A stretch of 61,197 nt of DNA from Clostridia bacterium (GCA_028698525.1 JAQVDB010000001.1:1-61197), one strand, 5' to 3'. Shown: positions 1 through 8,321, counted from the first letter of the stretch. Numbers and translations are program-made. The notes: generated by a model not told the origin, from the sequence alone.

Positions 1-104
1 TAGTAAGCGACATATCCCTGAGAATCAGAAGTAGTTGTTGCACATCCTGTAAACATACTAATTACCACGATAAGCATAATTAATAACGCAACTACCCTTT
101 TCAT
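1..104 (-). CDS. lipoprotein, N-terminal fragment (gene runs off the window start)
   Basis: Reverse strand reads AAGGAGGgttttaATG, then MKRVVALLIMLIVVISMFTGCATTTSDSQGY: signal peptide with lipobox FTGC. Absent from the ORF track because it is truncated. Confidence 0.5.
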   Translation of the reverse strand, partial: MKRVVALLIMLIVVISMFTGCATTTSDSQGYVAY

Positions 105-722
105 TAAAACCCTCCTTAATCATTTTTATTTTTTATTTATTTCCGTCAAAGACGGTAATCTTAAACCCTTTATATATCGTTGCCACACTAATTTATATTG
201 GTCTCATCAGCATTGATATCAACTTTAACTCTTTTTAAAATATTTTAAAATCAGTAAATCTATAATCAAGGAATTTCTTTTTTAAGTCTTTGCTTAGAGT
301 TTCTAATAATTTTATTGAGTTATATTGTCGGAATACTCAGCATATTTGTTTGCTGTGTCAATTTAGATCGATAGTGTAATATTTCAAAAACTGACTAGAC
401 TAAACGATAAAATTATCCATACTATTTTCACTTTATTAAAAATTGTTAATATTCTAATTCTTTACCATAAACTTGCTAAATATATTCCTGTAGCCAAATA
501 GATTAATGCAAGATCTTTGATTTATTTGTCTATGCTTATAATTAGATTACTTGATATGAAAATCATCCTATCAAAATTGATGTGAATTACGACATTTAGG
601 AAACAAATTTTTATTGTAATTAAAAAAGCTTTACTTGTTTGTAAGACATAATTATAAAATGTTTTAATTACAATAATCATCGAATAATTTAGTACAATAT
701 GTAGATTGGCAATTACATATAT

Positions 723-751
723 AGTATAATATAGCAATTTTTGAATGTCAA
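723..751 (-). promoter_or_regulatory. putative sigma-A promoter (TTGACA-17 nt-TATACT) reading toward low coordinates
   Basis: Reverse strand: TTGACA (746-751), 17-nt spacer, TATACT (723-728). It sits immediately downstream of the 755-768 palindrome. Confidence 0.3.
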
Positions 752-754
752 TAG

Positions 755-768
755 TATTTTCGAAAATA
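755..768. promoter_or_regulatory. perfect 14-bp palindrome TATTTTCGAAAATA, candidate LacI-family operator
   Basis: Perfect inverted repeat centred on CG. The core TTTTCGAAAA recurs at 799-808 and 1957-1966. Confidence 0.3.
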
Positions 769-798
769 TATAGCTATTTCTGTTTTTAGGGTTTGTCC

Positions 799-808
799 TT
801 TTCGAAAA
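799..808. promoter_or_regulatory. second copy of the TTTTCGAAAA palindromic core
   Basis: Exact 10-bp palindrome 42 bp from the first copy, just downstream of the LacI-family gene stop. Confidence 0.25.
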
Positions 809-842
809 TATGAATATGCATAATTGTTTTTTGATTTATACT

Positions 843-1841
843 TTATCTTTTATTTATTGTAGATTTTCTTTGAATTAACCTTGGTGAAAGTTTTACATTC
901 TGAATCACATTGTATTGGCTCTCTTTAATTTTTTTAAATAGGAGCTTAACAGCAATTTTCCCCATTTCTTCTACTGGACCTGCTATAGTTGTAAGTTCTG
1001 GTCGACAATAAGATGATACTCTTGCGTTATCTATACCTAATATTGAAATATCATCAGGCACTATGAGACCTTTATCGAAAATGGCTTTTGTTGCTCCTAT
1101 AGCAATGTCATCATATGCAGCTAAAATAGCCGTTGGGACATCATCTTCGAGTAACATATTATTCATTAATTCATAACCACATTTTTGAAATCTTTCTTCG
1201 CTTACCTTGATATACTTTTTGTTTATTTGCATTTTATTTTCACGCATAATTTTCATAAATATATTCAGCCTTGTATTTGATAATTCATCTCCAATATAGC
1301 CAATATTTTTATGCCCCAATTGGATTAAATATTCAACAGCTAACCTAACACCATACTCATCGTCTATTTTTATACAATCAAGTTTTTTAGTTTCTGTATT
1401 TTGCGCAATTAGGACAAGAGGTATAGAAGCATGCTTTTTATGTTCCAATAAAATATTTTCAACGTCAGAACTCTCGGTTATAAAAATAATCCCTTCAACA
1501 TTTGCGTTTATTAAATGTTTTAGATAGTATCTTTCATCATTTGTCTTAAAATTTGTAAAACCAATTATGCAAATATATCCTTCTTTCCTTACTTCTTCCT
1601 CGATTATACTTATGATTTGAGAATAATAATTACTTGTAACTTCAGGGCATATTACTCCTATAATTCCGAGTCCGTTTGTTAATTTTTTTTCAGGCGTTTT
1701 AAATTTATAATTCAAGTCTTTAGCAATTTTGATTATTTCTGATTTAGTTTCTTTATTTATATCGGAGCTATCTCTCAACGCTTTAGAAACGGTGGATACG
1801 GTTACTCCAGCTATTTCTGCAATATCTTTTAATCTAACCAC
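843..1841 (-). CDS. LacI family transcriptional regulator
   Basis: N-terminal HTH MVRLKDIAEIAGVTVSTVSKALRD, followed by a periplasmic-binding-protein-like sugar-binding fold of typical length (332 aa). Confidence 0.85.
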   Translation of the reverse strand: MVRLKDIAEIAGVTVSTVSKALRDSSDINKETKSEIIKIAKDLNYKFKTPEKKLTNGLGIIGVICPEVTSNYYSQIISIIEEEVRKEGYICIIGFTNFKTNDERYYLKHLINANVEGIIFITESSDVENILLEHKKHASIPLVLIAQNTETKKLDCIKIDDEYGVRLAVEYLIQLGHKNIGYIGDELSNTRLNIFMKIMRENKMQINKKYIKVSEERFQKCGYELMNNMLLEDDVPTAILAAYDDIAIGATKAIFDKGLIVPDDISILGIDNARVSSYCRPELTTIAGPVEEMGKIAVKLLFKKIKESQYNVIQNVKLSPRLIQRKSTINKR

Positions 1842-1956
1842 ATGTTTCTCCTTTCCTTTTATAAGCTTTAAATCTTTCAGTATTTTTTAATTAATGGATA
1901 TCTATAGTCAGCTTCTATTATGATTTTATCGAAAAAAACAGAAAAGATCAAGAACG

Positions 1957-1966
1957 TTTTCGAAAA
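1957..1966. promoter_or_regulatory. third copy of the TTTTCGAAAA palindromic core, about 115 bp upstream of the LacI-family gene start
   Basis: Exact 10-bp palindrome. A degenerate copy, TTTTATCGAAAA, lies at 1924-1935. The position fits autoregulation. Confidence 0.3.
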
Positions 1967-2187
1967 TATTACTTATTTATTTGAATAACGAAAATAAAAT
2001 TCAAAGACCTATCATTATTTTGAGTTATTATATCAACTTCCATTTTCTATGCTTTTTATCATCTGATTTATACACCCGTTGTTTTATCTTACACCATTTA
2101 TTTCTATTATATATTATGTGTACAATAATTCCATCTCTGTGATCATAATCGGGTAGGAGATATATAATCATTTTATCTATCTCCTAC

Positions 2188-2220
2188 ATCACCTTACGTA
2201 AATTTCACGTATACGGCGAT
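2188..2220 (-). ncRNA. group II intron domain V-like hairpin (CGC triad)
   Basis: Reverse strand ATCGCCGTATACGTGAAATTTACGTAAGGTGAT, 33 nt. The CGCCGUAUAC...ACGUA.GGUG pattern resembles class C domain V. One lower-stem mismatch and an enlarged loop suggest decay. Confidence 0.55.
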
Positions 2221-2253
2221 TTCATAGTTTAGACTCTAACTTCAAGGTAATAT

Positions 2254-2458
2254 TTAAGAAAACTTAACTTTCTTTGCCACTCCTATTTTCTGAATATTTT
2301 TAAACTTTACTCTAGCTTTCTTCCACATTTTCCATATTATAATCCGAATTCTTCTTAATCATTCATAAATAGATTTCGTGATATTCTTCATGCCTGCCAA
2401 TTTGAAGTAAAGTATATCCTAGGTATCTTTCTTGATTAAGCCTAGTTATTGTAGTTTC
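2254..2458 (-). pseudogene. group II intron reverse transcriptase/maturase remnant (frameshifted, truncated)
   Basis: Frame A: ETTITRLNQERYLGYTLLQIGRHEEYHEIYL*. Frame B: LRRIRIIIWKMWKKARVKFKNIQKIGVAKKVKFS*. Frame B matches the conserved maturase C-terminal pattern R-x-R-x-x-I-W-K-x-W-K-K-x-R-x-x-x-K-N-L-x-K-L-G. Confidence 0.65.
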
Positions 2459-2773
2459 CTTCTTTTCTTTATTCTTTATGAACATTCCTCTAATAATTTC
2501 TAGATAAGCGATATAATTCTATTGTCTTTAATTGTCCTTGATAGGATTTTTATTAGCATAGATTGATTTACTGTAGAAGTCCATCTGTTTCATCTTATCG
2601 ACTCACCTGCGCCTTTCATGTTCCACACTATTCCCGCAGTTGACGATGGTGCCTTTGTTCTGTTTTCTGCATTCTAACGTGTTCTCGGTAATTTTTATTT
2701 GCTTGTTCTCCTATGATTCAACGGTTCCTACTACCAAGCCCATAGTAGACTTTCGCTATACCAGGCACACGAC

Positions 2774-2802
2774 AAAAAACCTCAAGGCAATATGCCTTGA
2801 GG
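2774..2802 (-). terminator. rho-independent terminator of rnpB
   Basis: 10-bp stem CCTCAAGGCA/TGCCTTGAGG followed on the minus strand by TTTTTT. Confidence 0.8.
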
Positions 2803-2814
2803 TTGAAATGTTAA

Positions 2815-3150
2815 GCGAGCAAGTCTATAAGCCGAGTTCTGTATTAGATGGTCATCTATCTAGGATGCTAGTTGCCTAACATCTCCAGCAACCTTACCCG
2901 AGGAAGTGACGGGCCGCCACGTTCTTTCCTCCTACTTGGTCTTGCTCCGGATGGGGTTTACATAGCCGATCAGTCGCCTGACCGCTGGTGAGCTCTTACC
3001 TCGCCTTTCCAACCTTACCCCGGTGATGGGGCGGTATATTTCTGTTGCACTTTCCTTAAAGTCGCCTTCACTGGGTGTTACCCAGCATCCTGCCCTATGG
3101 AGCTCGGACTTTCCTCGTCTTATAAAGACGCGACCATCTGACTTACTCGC
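2815..3150 (-). ncRNA. rnpB: RNase P RNA (bacterial)
   Basis: Reverse strand contains GAGGAAAGTCCGAGCTC and ACAGAACTCGGCTTA, the universally conserved RNase P blocks. The P1 helix GCGAGTAAGTC/GACTTGCTCGC closes the molecule. About 336 nt, and GC-rich relative to the surroundings. Confidence 0.9.
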
Positions 3151-3168
3151 ATTTTTTTCAGGAATTTA

Positions 3169-3197
3169 ATTTTAACACAAAGAAATTTATTTGTCAA
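3169..3197 (-). promoter_or_regulatory. putative sigma-A promoter of rnpB (TTGACA-17 nt-TAAAAT)
   Basis: Reverse strand: TTGACA (3192-3197), 17-nt spacer, TAAAAT (3169-3174), about 18 nt upstream of the P1 helix. Confidence 0.5.
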
Positions 3198-3210
3198 AAA
3201 AATTTATTTA

Positions 3211-3918
3211 TTATTCTATGCAGATTACTCTGCCACAGGTTTCACATTCCACAATTTCATCTTCATTTTTCAATTTGTCTATCAATGCAAAAGGAATAGT
3301 CATATTACATCCGCTGCATTTATTCTGCTTTAGTTTTGCCACCACAATCTTTTTAAACTTTCGAGCATTTTTATATCTCTTTAATAACTCTGGCTCTATT
3401 TTCTTTTCCACCTTCTCCATTTCATCTTTTATCTCATCTATTTTGCTATTTATTGTGCCCATTTCTTGCTTATGCAATTTATTTATTTTCATATATTCTT
3501 TTTTACCTTTGGCCATTTTCACCCTTATTTTGTTAATATTATCTTCCATAACTTTTATCTGATCAATCAAATTGATAAGCTCTTCTTCCTTGTTGTTTAT
3601 CTCCCTTTTATATCGTTCAGCATTATTTTGTAAATGTTCCAATTGCTTGATATCGCTAATTTCACCACTATAAAGCCGTTCATGGTCACCTTTTAGATTA
3701 TACGTTAGATCCTCTACCACACTGCTGATCTTTCTATAGACTTTATTCTTATCATCTACCTCGCTGGTTATAGATTTTAATTTACGGTTTTGTATTATTA
3801 AATACTTTTTTAATTTTAGCAGCTTTTTTCTTTTATCAGACTCTTCTTTTTGTTTATTGTACTTTAAAAGCATATCGTCTAAAGTTTGATATCTAAAAAG
3901 CAAATTTGCTTGTTTCAT
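3211..3918 (-). CDS. COG1579/DUF164-type coiled-coil protein with C-terminal C4 zinc ribbon
   Basis: Long heptad-rich coiled coil, then CSGCNMTIP...CETCGRVI. The nif3 / zinc-ribbon / rnpB neighbourhood is a widely conserved arrangement. Confidence 0.75.
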   Translation of the reverse strand: MKQANLLFRYQTLDDMLLKYNKQKEESDKRKKLLKLKKYLIIQNRKLKSITSEVDDKNKVYRKISSVVEDLTYNLKGDHERLYSGEISDIKQLEHLQNNAERYKREINNKEEELINLIDQIKVMEDNINKIRVKMAKGKKEYMKINKLHKQEMGTINSKIDEIKDEMEKVEKKIEPELLKRYKNARKFKKIVVAKLKQNKCSGCNMTIPFALIDKLKNEDEIVECETCGRVICIE

Positions 3919-3972
3919 TGCTATACCCCTCCCTAGAAAATTTTAAGTGCCGAATTTTTTTTAAATCTATAA

Positions 3973-3999
3973 AGAGGGTGATACTTCAAGTCACCCTCT
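3973..3999 (-). terminator. possible terminator after the nif3-like gene
   Basis: 9-bp stem AGAGGGTGA/TCACCCTCT. The downstream U-tract is interrupted (TTATAGATTT). Confidence 0.35.
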
Positions 4000-4118
4000 A
4001 AACAACATGTATACAAGAAAAACGAAAACTCATAAAAAATCATTTTTAAAAATAAAAATAAACATTATATAAATATATTATAACAAAAAAACAAATTTTA
4101 GGAAAATATAAATTGATA

Positions 4119-5237
4119 TTACAAATTATAAATTATCTGTTCATCACCAGAATAACCAACAACTTCTACATCCAGTGCCTGTTCCTTAAAAAACTTTTTT
4201 AAATAATTGATCAAAAAAGGCAGTATGATAACCTCTGTATTATAATGTCCCGCATCTATTATGCATAAACCGGAATTTACTGCTCTTTGAGCATCATGAT
4301 ACTTTATATCTCCCGTTATAAACAAATCTGCATTTTTTGAAACTGCACAATCTATAAGACTGGAACCACTGCCCCCGCATACAGCTACCTTTTTTATGCT
4401 TTTTTCCATATTGCCTGCAACATTTAAACTTTTAATATTCAATTGATTCTTTACAAACTCTGCATACTCTTTTAAGTTCATTATGTGATGAACTTTTCCT
4501 ATCTTCCCTAGACCATATGTATTTAATTTATTTTTCAAAGGATATACATCGTATGCAACCTCTTCATATGGATGAGACTTTATCATGGCATCTATGACCT
4601 TATATAAATCTCTTTTTCTGACTATCGTTTCCATCCTATATTCTTTAACTTTTTCCAGCTTCCCTTGTTTTCCTATAAAAGGGGAGGTTCCTTGCATAGG
4701 AATAAAAGTCCCCATTCCTGACATTTGAAACGTACAGCCGCTATAATTACCAACCCAGCCTGCTCCTTGTTCCGTAATGGCACTTCTCACATCATCCTGA
4801 TATCCTTCCGGCACAAAAACCACTAACTTAAAATATTCTTCTGAATATGTCTCATATAACAGTTGGGTTTCCTTCAGTTTGAATATATTCGCAAGTTGTT
4901 GATTCACCCCTTCAGGTGCAATATCTAAATTGGTATGAGCTGAATAAACAACAATATCGTTTTTTATTATCCTAGATATGAGTTTTCCTGTAAAGGTATC
5001 CAAGTCGATAGATTTGACTCCATCAAACAAAAAGGGATGATGGGTAACAATCATATCCACACCATCTTGTTCAGCCTGACGAACTACACCAAAGGTTAAA
5101 TCAAGTGCCACCATAATTTTTGCAACTTTTATATCACGGCTTCCAATCTGTAATCCGGAGTTGTCCCAACTCTCTGCAAGATATGAAGGTGCGATTTCTT
5201 CCAAAATTTCAATCACTCTGCTTGCTTCGCAACCCAT
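4119..5237 (-). CDS. Nif3-like dinuclear metal centre protein (YqfO family)
   Basis: 372 aa with VTHHPFLF and the C-terminal GHYNTE motif pattern of the NIF3 family. It follows trmK, as in Bacillus yqfN-yqfO. Confidence 0.85.
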   Translation of the reverse strand: MGCEASRVIEILEEIAPSYLAESWDNSGLQIGSRDIKVAKIMVALDLTFGVVRQAEQDGVDMIVTHHPFLFDGVKSIDLDTFTGKLISRIIKNDIVVYSAHTNLDIAPEGVNQQLANIFKLKETQLLYETYSEEYFKLVVFVPEGYQDDVRSAITEQGAGWVGNYSGCTFQMSGMGTFIPMQGTSPFIGKQGKLEKVKEYRMETIVRKRDLYKVIDAMIKSHPYEEVAYDVYPLKNKLNTYGLGKIGKVHHIMNLKEYAEFVKNQLNIKSLNVAGNMEKSIKKVAVCGGSGSSLIDCAVSKNADLFITGDIKYHDAQRAVNSGLCIIDAGHYNTEVIILPFLINYLKKFFKEQALDVEVVGYSGDEQIIYNL

Positions 5238-5917
5238 TTCAATACCTCCTTATAAGAATTTAATAAATTCTCATAATATTTTATCTTCACTACAGAATCA
5301 TCATCTTTAACGTTTTCCAAACTATTCAAAACCTGATTTATTCTACTTATTCTAAAAACCAGAAAATCTTCAAGCAAGGGATCTTTTTTTTGAATGATCT
5401 TCGGACCAATATCCAGTTCTATAAAATCATATTTTTTCATATTTCCGGGATGGCACACAATTATTTGATAATACTTGCTTCTGTCCCTTATTAATTGCTC
5501 ATCAACTATACTAAGACCTATATCATAGAAAGACTTTCTTAGTTCGTACTCCGCTCCATTAGGTTGCAACACCAACCTGCCCACATACTTGATGATATCT
5601 TTACCTTCTGATAAAATCTTCTTTATCAATAATCCTCCCATTCCGGAAATAACTAAACAGTCAACTTTTTCCCCTTCAAGAACGCTGAGTCCGTTTCCTC
5701 TTCTCAATTGTATCATATTTTGCAAGTTATATTTTTTAATATTTACTTGTGCCTTTTCAAGGGGACCGTAATTTATATCGGTAGCTATCACTTTTTTGCA
5801 AACTTTTTGCCGGATCAAATATATCGGAATGAGGGCATGATCAGTACCCACATCTGCCACTGTATCGCAGATTCCTACATTTTTGGCTATGGCTGCTAAT
5901 CTAACAGGTAATTTCAT
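5213..5917 (-). CDS. trmK: tRNA (adenine22-N1)-methyltransferase TrmK
   Basis: VADVGTDHALIPIYL SAM-methyltransferase motif and YqfN-like length. Start set at the ATG at 5917 (RBS GGGTGA 4 nt upstream) rather than the TTG at 5929. Confidence 0.8.
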   Translation of the reverse strand: MKLPVRLAAIAKNVGICDTVADVGTDHALIPIYLIRQKVCKKVIATDINYGPLEKAQVNIKKYNLQNMIQLRRGNGLSVLEGEKVDCLVISGMGGLLIKKILSEGKDIIKYVGRLVLQPNGAEYELRKSFYDIGLSIVDEQLIRDRSKYYQIIVCHPGNMKKYDFIELDIGPKIIQKKDPLLEDFLVFRISRINQVLNSLENVKDDDSVVKIKYYENLLNSYKEVLKWVAKQAE

Positions 5918-5949
5918 GTTTTCACCCAATCTTATTTGTATATATAAAA

Positions 5950-5984
5950 TAAAAAGCTAGATATATGCATATATCTAGCTTTTC
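5950..5984. terminator. bidirectional terminator hairpin (perfect 26-nt palindrome)
   Basis: AGCTAGATATATGCATATATCTAGCT flanked by an A-run and a T-run, between the tRNA genes and trmK. Confidence 0.7.
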
Positions 5985-5988
5985 ATTA

Positions 5989-6066
5989 TGGTGGGCCTTC
6001 AGGGACTCGAACCCCGGACCTACCGGTTATGAGCCGGTTGCTCTAAACCAACTGAGCTAAAGGCCC
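5989..6066 (-). tRNA. tRNA with CAT anticodon (Met, or lysidine-dependent Ile2)
   Basis: Reverse strand GGGCCTTTAGCTCAGTTGGTTTAGAGC...CTCATAA...GGTTCGAGTCCCTGAAGGCCCACCA folds as a cloverleaf with encoded CCA. The acceptor and D-arm resemble my recollection of Bacillus tRNA-Ile2(CAU). Confidence 0.85.
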
Positions 6067-6071
6067 GAATT

Positions 6072-6146
6072 TGGCTCCCCGAGTAGGATTCGAACCTACG
6101 ACCCTCCGGTTAACAGCCGGATGCTCTACCGCTGAGCTATCGAGGA
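6072..6146 (-). tRNA. tRNA-Asn (GTT)
   Basis: Reverse strand TCCTCGATAGCTCAGCGGTAGAGC...CTGTTAA...GGTTCGAATCCTACTCGGGGAGCCA: cloverleaf, GTT anticodon, encoded CCA. Confidence 0.9.
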
Positions 6147-6165
6147 ATTTTTACTGACAAAGAAT

Positions 6166-6194
6166 ATTATAAATACAAATTGGTTTTAGGTCAA
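6166..6194 (-). promoter_or_regulatory. sigma-A promoter for the tRNA pair (TTGACC-17 nt-TATAAT)
   Basis: Reverse strand: TTGACC (6189-6194), 17-nt spacer, TATAAT (6166-6171), about 20 nt upstream of the tRNA-Asn 5' end. Confidence 0.6.
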
Positions 6195-6260
6195 AGCCTG
6201 AATTTATTTAAAATCGCCAATCTAAAGAGATTATTGCCCATTTAGTTGACTTTCCTCTTA

Positions 6261-6725
6261 CTATCTACCATGCATGGCTACTGTGTTTTTCACACTTTCA
6301 ACCAGATCAACAAGCTTTCTATAGCTTTTTCTTATTCCGTATACAGTAAGAGGTCTACCTATCAAAACCCAGTTCATTCTTCTGGACATAAAACCTCCCG
6401 TCATTGTAAATAAATTTAAATCAATTAACGAATTTATTATTATGATATTTTTTTTAACACCATTTATGTTCAATAAGCTATATATTGAATTGGTAACAAT
6501 CTTCCGCGAAGACTTCATTCCTATAGAAAATATTTGGTTTCTATAGCTATCTATCCCCATATATAAAGGGCTACCAATCTTCTCTGGAGGCATCTGATCA
6601 TAAAAAGGAACTTTATTAAATTCATCAGCTAATGGTACATGGTCATCAGGCAAATATCCCAAGTGAATGCTAGCAGCAGTTATAGATGTGTGAGCACTGC
6701 CGTAGCAAGCATAGAAAATATACAT
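6261..6725 (-). CDS. DUF3189 family protein (paralog B)
   Basis: 154 aa, MYIFYACYGSAHTSITAASIHLGYLP. Clear paralog of the adjacent 154-aa ORF. Its ATG directly abuts the upstream stop codon. Confidence 0.6.
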   Translation of the reverse strand: MYIFYACYGSAHTSITAASIHLGYLPDDHVPLADEFNKVPFYDQMPPEKIGSPLYMGIDSYRNQIFSIGMKSSRKIVTNSIYSLLNINGVKKNIIIINSLIDLNLFTMTGGFMSRRMNWVLIGRPLTVYGIRKSYRKLVDLVESVKNTVAMHGR

Positions 6726-7190
6726 TTATTCGACCTCCTGAATCTCTTTTTTTACTTTTAGGACGGTCTTTGATATGTTTAAATATCTGTTTTTTATATG
6801 ACTGTATATAATGCGTTCCGATATTTCACTTGTAGTCTGTAATAATAAAAGATTCTCAGCTATCCTTATTTTGATTTTGCCCATTTCACCCTCATCTATA
6901 TCATAATATTGTATATCATCTAAATTAAAAAAAGAAGATATGCTTTTATGTGCTCTTTGCATTACATCGGATAAATTCTTACACCCTATAGTATATACCT
7001 CGTTGTTGTACTCATCCATCCCTATATAAAAAAAATTGCCGTACATCCTTGAATACTTAGGCCCAAAGTATGGCAAACCAAAAATTTGTTCAAAGGTGGG
7101 GAGCACAAAAGGAGTCAGTATATCTAAGTGCATTGCTGATGCAACAACCGGCAAATAGCTTCCAAAATAGCTAGAATATATTATCTTCAA
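6726..7190 (-). CDS. DUF3189 family protein (paralog A)
   Basis: 154 aa, MKIIYSSYFGSYLPVVASAMHLDIL. Shares the M-x-I-x-Y...Y-G-S...A-A/S-x-x-H-L and Y-x-G-x-D-x-Y-x-N pattern with paralog B. Confidence 0.6.
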   Translation of the reverse strand: MKIIYSSYFGSYLPVVASAMHLDILTPFVLPTFEQIFGLPYFGPKYSRMYGNFFYIGMDEYNNEVYTIGCKNLSDVMQRAHKSISSFFNLDDIQYYDIDEGEMGKIKIRIAENLLLLQTTSEISERIIYSHIKNRYLNISKTVLKVKKEIQEVE

Positions 7191-7208
7191 TATTTCCCAC
7201 CTTTTATT

Positions 7209-7403
7209 TTAATGTTTAACTATAATATAAACACCATTTTCTAGATCATGTACCATGCCATAAGTTATCCTTGTTAAATACATCGCGATTTTTTCCATTT
7301 CCTCTTCATCCTTTGCATAAAAACAAGGTACTCCCCCTGCTCCTACTTTATCGGGATGGGTAGTAACAACTGCAACTATTGATTTTTTAATGCCTACATC
7401 CAT
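7209..7403 (-). CDS. small soluble partner protein of the YIEGIA family gene (64 aa)
   Basis: Compact ORF 24 bp downstream of the YIEGIA gene. I recall automated annotation labelling this family as a capping-complex subunit for YIEGIA. I know of no experimental basis for that name. Confidence 0.5.
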   Translation of the reverse strand: MDVGIKKSIVAVVTTHPDKVGAGGVPCFYAKDEEEMEKIAMYLTRITYGMVHDLENGVYIIVKH

Positions 7404-7427
7404 ATTTCAATTTTCCTTCCTTCAAGA

Positions 7428-8321
7428 CTAGTCAGCAGCCTTCCTTCCAGTCTCTGAAAATAATGGATACCTCTTTGCACTCTCTAAAATAGGTAATCTC
7501 TTAACTGCTTCTATTATCAAATCTATATCCGGCTCTTTGGGTATTATAAATATTGCAACATCTCCGGTTTTTGGATCTCTTTTTGCTATTGAAGAAAATT
7601 CCGGTTCATCAGTTTCTTTCAGTATTCCAAACAATACTGAAATATCATGAACTATTGCCTGCCTTTGTCCTATATTACCTAGAGTAATTCTTGTATTGTC
7701 ATCTTTAGGCTTTATTGATATAGCTACACCTTTTTCCATTATCTTTTGCCTAGCTTCTTTGAGCCCAACATTCATCATCACTATATCATCTATCTTCAAT
7801 AGGGCTCCGATAAATTTGATATCCCCTCTCTTCACATCTGCCACTTGCCCTATAGTAGTCTTGTCCATTATCTTTTTGAGTGAAACAACAACTACAATAC
7901 CTGACAATATTCCTATAGCCACACTGTGTGTCAGGTAAATCATTATAGAAGTAGCCAAGGACGTTATCAATACAATGTAATTTCTTGCTTCAAATGTTTT
8001 TGCAATATCCTCTATATAAGCTGTTCCTCTCTTGATGAGCTCTGTTTCTTCTATCTTGTTTAGGCTTTCCCTCTCCATTCCTCTTATCTCTCTGAACTGT
8101 TGAAGTGCAACTGCTAAAAAAGTAACAGCTGTGTATTCTTTTTTGATAAGAGCGGGAAATGCCACTGCCCCCAACGCCGCTGCAATCATACCGATAGTAA
8201 GATGTATTACATATCCTTGAGGATAACTGGGATACTGTCTAAAATCAACCCTTAGTAAATAAAACCTGGCAAATGTACCCATTACTATACCGAAAATAAT
8301 CAGCTCTTCAACACTATCCAT
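7428..8321 (-). CDS. YIEGIA family membrane protein
   Basis: 297 aa. The N-terminal half has about 4 hydrophobic helices. The family-naming motif is present as GTAYIEDIAKTFE, followed by a soluble C-terminal domain. Confidence 0.65.
   Translation of the reverse strand: MDSVEELIIFGIVMGTFARFYLLRVDFRQYPSYPQGYVIHLTIGMIAAALGAVAFPALIKKEYTAVTFLAVALQQFREIRGMERESLNKIEETELIKRGTAYIEDIAKTFEARNYIVLITSLATSIMIYLTHSVAIGILSGIVVVVSLKKIMDKTTIGQVADVKRGDIKFIGALLKIDDIVMMNVGLKEARQKIMEKGVAISIKPKDDNTRITLGNIGQRQAIVHDISVLFGILKETDEPEFSSIAKRDPKTGDVAIFIIPKEPDIDLIIEAVKRLPILESAKRYPLFSETGRKAAD

Larger units (their letters stand above)
2153..2770 (-). mobile_element. decayed group II intron (class C-like), ORF largely deleted
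   Basis: Reverse strand starts GTGTGCCTGGTATAGCGAAAGTCTACTATGGG, a group IIC-type 5' end. It carries maturase fragments in two frames. It ends with a domain V-like hairpin (2188-2220) and a domain VI-like hairpin (2153-2187). It begins 4 nt after the U-tract of the rnpB terminator, the typical class C target. At about 618 nt it is too short for an intact intron. Confidence 0.65.

Noticed and set aside
522-737. 71-aa ORF in the AT-rich gap downstream of the LacI-family gene
   Set aside because: Extremely I/N/Y/F-rich translation typical of AT-rich non-coding DNA, with no RBS. Its start lies upstream of the only plausible promoter's transcription start.
3191-3562. 123-aa plus-strand ORF opposite the COG1579 zinc-ribbon gene
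   Set aside because: Shadow ORF of a Lys/Glu-rich coiled-coil gene (the reverse complement gives Phe/Leu/Ser runs). It also overlaps the rnpB promoter.
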